From a virus, in IMG/VR virus record IMGVR_UViG_3300036852_000742, positions 17,121-81,120 of that record: a DNA stretch of 64,000 nucleotides. One strand, 5' to 3'. The position numbers and the translations under genes were made by a program. This document shows positions 19,885 through 28,171 of the stretch, piece after piece. The notes below the pieces were generated by a model that was not told the DNA's origin, searched no databases, and worked only from the letters and a program-made list of their open reading frames with translations. Positions within the stretch are counted from its first letter, which is position 1, and the number at the start of each line of letters is the position of its first letter.

Positions 19885-21465
19885 TGCCCGAATCTGGACC
19901 TAACCCGTTCGTCTACCTCCTCTGGTCGAACTCCGCCAACGCGTGGTGGGCAGCCGGCACGGGTGCCGGCCACACCAAAGATGTGTGGCAGGCGGGCCGT
20001 TTCGACAAGGACGCGGCGGCCAGCACGTGCGCCGCGTTTACCCCGGCCGTTGTGGTGATGGTGCTGGCCCCGGAGTACCACCACGCACCGTTCACCGCAG
20101 CACAGCTACGGGAGGAGGTACCGGACATGATGCAGCGCCGGGTCCGCGACGCCACCGACCGGGCTGTTGCCGACGCGTACGCCGCCCGCCAGCCGGGGTA
20201 CCCGCCGGTGCACGTCTACTTCCTGCACGACACGCTCACACCCCGCACCGTCCGGGCCGTCCGGGACCTTGCCGCCGCGCCGGCCGTGGGAGACGTGTTC
20301 GACTTCCCGCACGCCGGCTACGAGGGCGCCGCCGTGACGTGGCGGGTGACCAGGGTCGAGATCACCGAGCAGGGTGGCAGCGCGACGGCGTACATGACCG
20401 ACGCCGGGGAGGGACACCAGTGAGCCGCGCCGCCCAGGTGCGGGCCTTCGCCCGTGACCTGTCCGAGCGGACCGGGGTAAGCATTGAGGTGTCCTATGAC
20501 AGCGGGCCCCGCTGGCATCTTGAGTGGAGCGACGGGCCTTCCCGCGACGCGGTCATCAAGGCGGCCACAAAGACGGACCTGGCCGGCGCCGTGATCGTGA
20601 CGCACCGGCATTACTCCACCCGCGCTGTCGCCCTCGGCTCGATACGCCTGGCAGCCTCAACCACCACCTACGGGCACTCCACGGCGGAGACAAGGACCTG
20701 GCGGATCGAGGAGACGCTGGAGGAAGTCGACTATCCCGACCGGGCCGCCGACGCCCGCGAAGAGCACATGGTCAACCGGGTGTTGGTTGAGGCGACACCG
20801 GAAGGGTGGAAGTGGACTGACCGGGATCTCGTTGTTGCCTTGATTGGGCGGAAGGGGCTGGGGTGGTTACTCGCCGACGCAGACCCAGGTGTGGCAAGCC
20901 CCGCAGAGATCCTGACCGCCCGCTACGCCACGACGGGCGCTGAGGTTATCCAGTGGAATCGACACGCCCACCCGATGCCGGCGGCCGACGCGGTCCGGGC
21001 CGCGCTCGCCGACCCGGACCTGGGCGCCGTTGGCTCGGTGGCGTTGCTGAGGCTGCTCCGCCAGCTAAGGGAAGACCGGCAGCGGGCCGAAGACTTGGCG
21101 GTAGCTGTCGCCCAACGGGCCGGTGTGCCTTTGTGGGAGATCGCCGACGCGCTCGGGGTTGACAAGGTGCGTGTTTCCGGTGCCCAACACCAGGACACTG
21201 AACACACTCTCACCGGTACGAGGAAGGATGACGGCTGATGCCCACTACAGAGAATGAGCTGCCCACCGTTGTGGAGATGTTCGTCCGCGCGGACACCCTG
21301 ATGGACACCGCGCACCGGGCGCTTGCCGACGCGGCCGACTGGCTGCGCTCGGACTGGCAGCCCCTCGGGGCTAGCTTGACCGACGCGCAGGCGGCCCGCC
21401 GCAGCAAGATGTTCGCCGAGATCGAGGCTGCGATGGCCGCAATCGAAAGGGCCAGGCGCTCATGA
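19884..21465 (+). other. three coupled hypothetical genes (19884-20423, 20420-21238, 21238-21465)
   Basis: TGATG/GTGA/TGATG overlaps leading directly into the Cas12 gene. Confidence 0.6.
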
Positions 21466-23513
21466 TCACAGTTGTGTATCGGTACGGTGTCGCGTCCTGG
21501 TGGCGGGCACCAGAGTGGATCAGCGAGCAACTTCGGCTAGGGCACAACCTCGACAACGACCTTGTCTCGGTTGCCTACGAGCACGAGGAGGCCAAGGCCG
21601 CGCATTGGACGGCGTTCCCGCAGATCGCCGTTCACGAGGCCGCCCTAGCAACAGCCGAGACTGAGGCTGTGGATCTCTTCGCGCACGTCAAGCAGGTGCG
21701 CGGATGGCTGGGCAAGGCCAAACACGACAAGGACAAGCTCCGGGCCGCCGAGCTACGGGTGGACCTTGCCGCTGCGCAGGCCGATCTGAGGGCCGTCAAG
21801 GCCGGCATCGCCGCTCTGAAGTTGGAGCGGCGGACGTCGATCGCCGACGTGTACGAGCAGTCCACGGAGGCCCTGGCCGCGCTGTCGGACGACCGCAAGG
21901 CAAAGATCGGAGCCTTGTACGGGCGGTACTGCGGCAGCGACGGCGCTGAGGACGGCAGCGAGGATGCGGACGTGCTGCACTGGGCCAGCTTCAACGCCGC
22001 CGTCAAGCACCACGAAACCGCCCGCCAGCGGATGTTGAAGGCGCGTGGTGCCGGGCAGGCCGCCCAGCTCCACTACCACCGGTGGGACGGCACAGGTGCG
22101 GTCACCGTGCAGTTGATGCGCCATGCCTGGTCGCATGGGTGCGCACCGTCGGGTCCTCCGTGGCCGTGCAACCCGGACAAGCCGCGCCCAAAGGCCGTTG
22201 ACTGCCCGAACCGGCAGGCCAAAGACCCGGCCCGGTCACCGCAACTCCTCGCTGCCGGCGGCGGGAAATGGGCCAACGTGTTCCAGCTCAGCCCGTGGTC
22301 GCGGGACCCTGTGGCGTGGAAACGCCAGCCCCGTACCGCGCGGCGCGGCACAGCAACCCTGACCCTCAGCGGCGGCCGGCGCCTTGAGGTCCCCGTCCTC
22401 GTTGACCGGGTCCTGCCCGCAACTGCTGACGTACCGCAGGCGCAGCTCGTGCGGTCTGAGGTAGCCGGCCGGATGGTGTGGCACCTGTGCGTGACGGCGA
22501 TCCTGCCCGACCCGGAGCCGGTGACCACCGGCCCGACCGTGGCGGTACACCTGGGGTGGCGGCGCCGCCCGGACGGGCATGTCCGTGCCGGGGTTGTCCT
22601 ACCCGACGGGCCACTCCCCCCACCACCCGCCGACCTGCTGCGGGCCGCGTCGTCGAGCCCCGGCCGCACCGGCACCGCCCCAACCCATGTCCCGCATCAC
22701 CGCCCGTTCTTGGAACGCCACGACGGCTGGTGGGAAGTTGTCATCCCCGGCCCGATGTGGGACATCGTCGGCCGCCCGTCGGCAATCCGGGCACGCCGGG
22801 ATCTCGCCTTCAACGAGATCCGGGACGTGCTGGTCAGGTGGTTGGATGAGCACCCGGAGCACGCCGACCCGCTGGGGCTCGACCTGGCCCGGGTCAAACT
22901 GTGGCGGGTGCCACGGGCACTGGCCGGCCTGGTACGACGGTGGGCCAGCGACGCGCAACTACCGGCCCTGTTCGCCGCGCAGTTGCTCCCCGACCTGGTC
23001 GCCTGGTGGCGACGGGACCTGCACCTGTACCGGTACGAAGTCGGCGAACGCCACGACCTGGCCGCCCGCCGTGACGACGTGTGGGGACAGATCGGGGCAT
23101 GGCTCGGCCGGTCAGCCGGCCGGGTCCTCGTCGGGGACGAGGACTACCGGGCGCTGCGCCGACGCACCAGCATCGTCGACGACGACATGAGCGCACCGAC
23201 CGAAAGGGTCGATGAGGCGGTCCGTGCCCGCGCGGCCTTCGCCGTACCGGGGCTGCTACGCGCAGCGCTGACCAACGGCGCGAGCCGGCGCGGCGTGACC
23301 GTGGCGAAAGTCCCGGCAGCGTGGGCCACCCGGGAACACCACGAATGCGGCCATGTCGCGACCGGTGACGACGACCAGTACAGGGAGCGGATCGTGGTGA
23401 CCTGCCCTGGTTGCCAGGTTGCCTACGACCAGGACCGCAACGCGGTGCTGGTGATGCTGGAACGCGAGCGGGCCGGTAGCACGGGGGCGAAGGGGGACCG
23501 CTCGCAGCCCTGA
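21462..23513 (+). CDS. cas12m: type V-M (V-U1) Cas12m-like CRISPR effector, RuvC catalytically degenerate
   Basis: 683 aa next to a CRISPR array; motifs I recall from Cas12m (QLRLGHNL, LYGRYC..LHWASFN, HRWDGTGAVTVQL, LCVTA..PEPVTTGPTVAVHLGWR, RRDDVWGQI, PGLLRA, TREHHECGH, CPGC..YDQDRN); RuvC-I Asp replaced by His, RuvC-II VLVGDED. Confidence 0.88.
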   Translation: MITVVYRYGVASWWRAPEWISEQLRLGHNLDNDLVSVAYEHEEAKAAHWTAFPQIAVHEAALATAETEAVDLFAHVKQVRGWLGKAKHDKDKLRAAELRVDLAAAQADLRAVKAGIAALKLERRTSIADVYEQSTEALAALSDDRKAKIGALYGRYCGSDGAEDGSEDADVLHWASFNAAVKHHETARQRMLKARGAGQAAQLHYHRWDGTGAVTVQLMRHAWSHGCAPSGPPWPCNPDKPRPKAVDCPNRQAKDPARSPQLLAAGGGKWANVFQLSPWSRDPVAWKRQPRTARRGTATLTLSGGRRLEVPVLVDRVLPATADVPQAQLVRSEVAGRMVWHLCVTAILPDPEPVTTGPTVAVHLGWRRRPDGHVRAGVVLPDGPLPPPPADLLRAASSSPGRTGTAPTHVPHHRPFLERHDGWWEVVIPGPMWDIVGRPSAIRARRDLAFNEIRDVLVRWLDEHPEHADPLGLDLARVKLWRVPRALAGLVRRWASDAQLPALFAAQLLPDLVAWWRRDLHLYRYEVGERHDLAARRDDVWGQIGAWLGRSAGRVLVGDEDYRALRRRTSIVDDDMSAPTERVDEAVRARAAFAVPGLLRAALTNGASRRGVTVAKVPAAWATREHHECGHVATGDDDQYRERIVVTCPGCQVAYDQDRNAVLVMLERERAGSTGAKGDRSQP

Positions 23514-23641
23514 CCGCGCAGGCCAAGGGTTAGTGTCAGCACCGAGAACGGGGCCATAACTCCACAGTGGACAAGTGTCCAGGGGAGCACTCGCGACGAT
23601 CTACGTTTGCGCTGCTCAACCTGCGGCTTTTTCCCCAAGCC

Positions 23642-25495
23642 GTGGCAATGGCGATCGCAGCGCCCTTTCTCTGCGAGCCACATGGTGAGCTTGCACGGCC
23701 AGACAATGATCTCGTGGCAATGGCGATCGCAGCGCCCTTTCTCTGCGAGGCGTCAGGACGTCAGCTACTACAGGTCTCCGTCCGAGTGACAACGGCGAGC
23801 GCAGCGCCTCGAACTCTGCGAGCGGCCATGTCTACAGAGGCCGGCGCATCGTCGGTTCGACGCGACAATGGCGAGCGCAGCGCCTCTTTCTCTGCGAGTG
23901 CGCCATGGGTTTACGCGGACTCCTGGCGAGGTACGTGACGACGGCGAGCGCAGCGCCTCAAATCTGCGAGGTCCGGGCTGTCGCGTTCGTCATGGGTGAC
24001 GAACGCGATCGCAGCGATCCTTCTCTGCGAGTACGTCGACGACTCCGGCGCCGAGGCGAGGCGGTTCAAGTGGCAATGGCGATCGCAGCGCCCAAAGACT
24101 GCGAGCTTAGCTCCTCGTCGTAGTACCCCTGCACTGCAAGGTGGCAATGGCGAGCGCAGCGCCTGAAATCTGCGAGCCGGTGATTCGGTGCGGCCGGCGT
24201 TGGGTGGTACCTGCATGTGACCATGGCGAGCGCAGCGCCTCAACTCTGCGAGAAGGGGCAGGGCCTGTCGCGCGTACCAGGCCCGCGCGGTGACCATGGC
24301 GAGCGCAGCGCCTCAACTCTGCGAGTCCCGCCAGCTTGACTACCCGCTAGCCTGGATCAGGCCGGTGACCATGGCGAGCGCAGCGCCTCAACTCTGCGAG
24401 TCTCCACCGGCGTCATGCTCACTTCGCGCAACCCCAAGGTGACCATGGCGAGCGCAGCGCCTCAACTCTGCGAGGAGGGTCTCCCGTAGCAGCTCGGTGC
24501 AGCGTGACAACGGCGAGCGCAGCGCCTGAAATCTGCGACGCTATATCGTGAAGCAGGCGCACCATTATGAGCGTGGTGACAATGGCGAGCGCAGCGCCCC
24601 TCTTTCTGCGAGTACCTGAACCACGCCCGAGCGGCTTCCGTTGCCTGCGGCGTAGCAACGGCGAGCGCAGCGCCCTTTTTCTGCGAGTGCGTGTGCGGCG
24701 AGGCCGCAGTACTGACGCGACAGTGGCGAGCGCAGCGCCTAAAACCTGCGACTTGGTATCCCGATCCAGGCGGCCCGTGAGACCGCGTAAGTGACAACGG
24801 CGACCGCAGCGCCCTTTCTCTGCGAGGCTGCAATGAGTAACTACATGGATGTCCGGCGCAGGTAACGATGGTGATCGCAGCACCTCAAAACTGCGAGTGG
24901 ATGGTCCCGATGTTGGTCGTGATCGAGGGCGCCGCGCGTGACAATGGTGATCGCAGCACCTCAAACTGCGAGGTCGTCAGCCGCACGGACGCGGCAAGGT
25001 TTGAGACCATGAGCGACAATGGCGATCACAGCGCCTCAAAACCTGCGAGCTGGATGCGGCGGCGGAGCATCTCCGCGTCGCGCGTACCGGCGACAATGGC
25101 GATCACAGCGACCACAAACTGTGAGATCCTCTCAACCGGTGCTAGCTTGCGCGCGACCGGTTGCGTGACGATGGTGATCGCAGCGCCCAAAACCTGCGAG
25201 CACGGCAGCGCCTCCAGCCCGACCGGTTGCGCGACGACGGTGAGCGCAGCACCCAAGAAGACACTGCGAGTTCGAGTACGTGTCGGCTCCTCCAAGGGCG
25301 ACATGGGCGACGATGGTGAGCGCAGCGCCCAAAGTCTGCGAGTGATGGGGTGGCGCGAGCAGTACGACCGCATGCAGGTGGCAATGGCAATGGCGATCGC
25401 AGCGCCCAAAACCTGCGAGTCCATAGCTTGGATGGGTTACCACTCCGCGCTACGGCGCGACAACGGTGATCGCAGCGCCCCAACGATCCTGCGAG
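23642..25495 (+). CRISPR. CRISPR array, 26 heterogeneous 35-42-nt repeats and 25 spacers (25-40 nt)
   Basis: Consensus G(T/C)GACAA(T/C)GGCGA(G/T)CGCAGCGCC-variable-CTGCGAG; repeats start at 23642, 23714, 23786, 23862, 23935, 23996, 24070, 24141, 24217, 24290, 24365, 24439, 24504, 24576, 24652, 24717, 24791, 24862, 24938, 25013, 25090, 25165, 25231, 25307, 25378, 25457. Confidence 0.95.
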
Positions 25496-25516
25496 TACTG
25501 CTCCGGGTGCGAAGAA

Positions 25517-25555
25517 TGCCCCGCCCCAAACGCCAGCGGCGTCGGGGGCGGGGCA
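25517..25555. terminator. stem-loop closing the array; lies between convergent units
   Basis: tgccccgcccc...ggggcggggca. Confidence 0.65.
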
Positions 25556-25572
25556 ACGTGCGCGGGGAGAAG

Positions 25573-25842
25573 CTAGGCCACGGTGACGTGCACCCCGTCC
25601 GCCAGGTCCACTGCACCTCCGGCGCGGGCCACCCGGTGCGCAGCTTCGGCGGTGAGCCCGGCGGCGACCAGGCGCAGCATCATCGCCGCCACTTTGGGTT
25701 CGGTGGCCGGCCAGCGGCGGGGTACACCCGATCCGGGGGCGGGGTCGACAGGTTGGAGGTAGCCGCGCCGGGTCCACACATCGGCCCGGCGGGGGGTGAG
25801 CCCGACAGCGAGCATGTCCTGGTAGCCGGCGTCGTTGTTCAC
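25573..25842 (-). CDS. MerR-like HTH protein
   Basis: GLTPRRADVWTRRGYLQP...GSGVPRRW...LVAAGL. Confidence 0.6.
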   Translation of the reverse strand: MNNDAGYQDMLAVGLTPRRADVWTRRGYLQPVDPAPGSGVPRRWPATEPKVAAMMLRLVAAGLTAEAAHRVARAGGAVDLADGVHVTVA

Positions 25843-26162
25843 CGCCGTGTCGGCGGTGTTGTCGGGTTGTACTGGGGCTGCCCGGTGGACACACCCAACG
25901 ACAACAGGACCCGGGCGGCGCGGTGCGCGAACCCGGCGCCGCGCCGGGTATCGGGCCAGCGTTCCAACCACCGCCCCAACTCCCACACCGCCCCGGCGAG
26001 CACAAACCCGATGACCTCGAAGAGCACTGCCTCACCAACATGAACGCCCAACGGCTCCAACTTCACCAGCGCCGGTTGCGCCCACACCACCAGCACAGCG
26101 GCGACGTGTCCGAGCAGGATCGGCCACCAGGTCCGCAGCCGCGCGGCAAGCTCATCGGACAT
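25839..26162 (-). CDS. putative holin
   Basis: Two TM segments, LRTWWPILLG...RWLE...QPQY; in lysis region. Confidence 0.6.
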   Translation of the reverse strand: MSDELAARLRTWWPILLGHVAAVLVVWAQPALVKLEPLGVHVGEAVLFEVIGFVLAGAVWELGRWLERWPDTRRGAGFAHRAARVLLSLGVSTGQPQYNPTTPPTRR

Positions 26163-26236
26163 GCCTGCCTCCACGCGTAGCCTTGGGCCGGTGACAGACA
26201 AAGCCAACGGGTTGATCTGTTGACATCCTCCCCCGT

Positions 26237-27460
26237 CTAAGGGCGGGGGATTCCAACTGCAAGCGGTTGAGGTTCACGGGCGCTCAACGCCTTGCGGCGT
26301 GTCGCCCCTCCGGCACGAGACGGTTGTCTCGGGACTGGTGTGCAGTCCTGTCCTGCCGCGATGTTGATGCTGGCGTTGTGGTCGGCGTTGCAGGTAAAGC
26401 CGCAGGCGGTGCAACAGAATCGGGCTTGGCTCTCGCGCGAGTTCTTGTCGATCCATCCGCAGGCACTGCAACGCAGGCTGGTGTAGGCGGCTTTGACTTT
26501 CTGGACGCGGCCGGGGGCTTTGTCTTCGGTGCGCCGGGCGAGCATGCCCCACCCGGACGCGAGGATGGCCCGGTTCAGGCCGGCCTTCTGCCGGACGTTG
26601 CGGCCGGGGCTATCGACGGTGCCCCTTGCGGTCGCGGTCATGTTCTTGATCCGCAGGTCTTCGAGGCGGATCACGTCGAACCGGCGGGCGAATGCGGTGC
26701 TGGTTTTCTCGGTCCAGTCCTTGCGGATGTCCGCCTCGCGTGCCTTGAGCCGTGCGATCCGCTGACGCTCAACCTGCACTACCTCGGACCGCTTCGGTGC
26801 CCGAGCCTTGCGCCGTTCTGCCTTACGCAGTCGGGCCCGCTCTTTGCTGGACAGGCGAGGGCAGGCCAGTGTTTCGCCCGTGCTCAACGCGGCCGTGATG
26901 GTCACGCCCCGGTCGACGCCGACAACCGTTCCGTTTCCGGGAGACTCGATCGGGTCGGGGATGACCGCGAACGCGACGTGCCAACGCCCGGAGCGGTCAC
27001 AGGTGATGCGGTACGACTTGCATGCCGCAACGGATCGCGACCAGCGGAACCGAACCCAGCCAACCTTGGGAACCTTGACCTGACCCCAGTGTCGGTTCAG
27101 CCGTTGGACATGGAGTCCGAAGGTGAAGTCGGTGATCCGGAAGCCTTCGTGGACGTACTTGCTGCGCCACGTCGGCCGCATGTGGGCGCCCGTAAAGAAG
27201 TTGGCCATGGCTTGGGCGTAGTCGCGCAGAGCCTGTTGCTGGACGTTAACCGAACCGGCGGCGAGCCACGGCTCGGCGGTGCGCGCTTCGGTGAGTTGGC
27301 GGCACTGGACGACGAAGCTGGGGGCCGACCGACGGGCACGCGCGGGCGTCCACCACGCTCCCTGTTCAACGGCCAGATTCCAGACGTACCGGGCGTCACC
27401 GCAGTGCGACAGAAGGGTCGCCTCCTGCGCCACGGTCGGGTACAGCCGATACCTGGACAT
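26237..27460 (-). CDS. tnpB: RNA-guided endonuclease TnpB
   Basis: MSRYRLYPT...; intact RuvC triad GVDRG / RLEDL / NADHNA; YTSLRCSACG..FCCTACG zinc finger. Confidence 0.95.
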   Translation of the reverse strand: MSRYRLYPTVAQEATLLSHCGDARYVWNLAVEQGAWWTPARARRSAPSFVVQCRQLTEARTAEPWLAAGSVNVQQQALRDYAQAMANFFTGAHMRPTWRSKYVHEGFRITDFTFGLHVQRLNRHWGQVKVPKVGWVRFRWSRSVAACKSYRITCDRSGRWHVAFAVIPDPIESPGNGTVVGVDRGVTITAALSTGETLACPRLSSKERARLRKAERRKARAPKRSEVVQVERQRIARLKAREADIRKDWTEKTSTAFARRFDVIRLEDLRIKNMTATARGTVDSPGRNVRQKAGLNRAILASGWGMLARRTEDKAPGRVQKVKAAYTSLRCSACGWIDKNSRESQARFCCTACGFTCNADHNASINIAAGQDCTPVPRQPSRAGGATRRKALSAREPQPLAVGIPRP

Positions 27461-27488
27461 GGAACCATAATAGCACCATGATGGTCCC

Positions 27489-27638
27489 ATGAAGCATGTG
27501 AACCTGCGCCTACCCGACGACGTCCACGAGGCAGTCAAAGCAGCCGCCGAACACGACCGACGTTCCCTCAACAGCATGCTGATCGTCCTCATCGAGCGAG
27601 CCCTCACGGCAGACCGTCCAACCTCACCCCCGCCCTGA
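27489..27638 (+). CDS. Arc-like ribbon-helix-helix protein inside the IS
   Basis: Manual translation MKHVNLRLPDDVHEAVKAAAEHDRRSLNSMLIVLIERAL (49 aa), divergent from tnpB. Confidence 0.75.
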   Translation: MKHVNLRLPDDVHEAVKAAAEHDRRSLNSMLIVLIERALTADRPTSPPP

Positions 27639-27722
27639 AGGACGAGGCACCCGCCGGACAAGGGTCGGTGGCTGCCGGATCCGCACCGCCGCCCCGGTGA
27701 ATCGACGGCCCGGGTGCGCGGT

Positions 27723-28160
27723 TCAGAGTTTGAGGATGATCGCAAGGATCGAGCCTGCGAGGATCGCCGCCCCGCACAGGTACGCCCAGCCCAGATTCAG
27801 CCCGGTCGAGCGGCCTTCGGTCTTGTCGATCCTGGACGCCAACTCACGTATCCGCTCACCGGTACCGGCGCGCTGTGCCTCAAACTCGACGCGCGACACG
27901 AACGTGGCCGTCTGATCAGACAGGGTCTGACGAAACTCGTTGACCCCTTCGAAGCGTTTCTCCGTGGCCACTTCAGCCTTCGTGACGGCTTTCTCCGCCG
28001 CGATCAGCGCCGCCCCGATGGCCTTCTCGGCCGCGAGGAGGGCCGCGTCGATTGCTTTTGTCTGGGCGTCGAAACGCTGCTGGTAGCGCAGATCAGTTTC
28101 GACGAACAAGGCCCGGACATGCTCCAGGAGTGTGATACGTGAAGACCTCACACCCCACAC
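27723..28160 (-). CDS. lysis-cassette membrane protein (coiled coil + C-terminal TM)
   Basis: EKRFEGVNEFRQTLSDQ..., hydrophobic C-terminus. Confidence 0.65.
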   Translation of the reverse strand: MWGVRSSRITLLEHVRALFVETDLRYQQRFDAQTKAIDAALLAAEKAIGAALIAAEKAVTKAEVATEKRFEGVNEFRQTLSDQTATFVSRVEFEAQRAGTGERIRELASRIDKTEGRSTGLNLGWAYLCGAAILAGSILAIILKL

Positions 28161-28171
28161 CCCTTTTTTGG

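Larger units (their letters stand above)
26220..27660 (-). mobile_element. IS200/IS605-family tnpB-only element (IS1341-like); left boundary approximate
   Basis: Right-end hairpin ending ...gggggaggatgTCAA at 26220; matching left-end hairpin 27623-27649; no tnpA; inserted in lysis cassette. Confidence 0.8.

Noticed and set aside
21462-23513. Calling the large gene an ordinary TnpB transposon gene
   Set aside because: Too long, RuvC-I is His, no IS end hairpins, and it is adjacent to a CRISPR array
23600-23630. Possible anti-repeat/tracrRNA in the leader (gcgctgc)
   Set aside because: Only 7 nt complementary, and Cas12m is tracr-independent
23678-25456. Many spacers contain 4-bp palindromes (CATG, GTAC, AGCT, GATC)
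   Set aside because: Summed over all such palindromes, about one per spacer is expected by chance
23567-26043. ORFs across the array (e.g. 24868..26043, 24419..24964, 23567..23938)
   Set aside because: They translate the CRISPR repeats (recurring AIAAP/RCARH/ALRSP); artefacts
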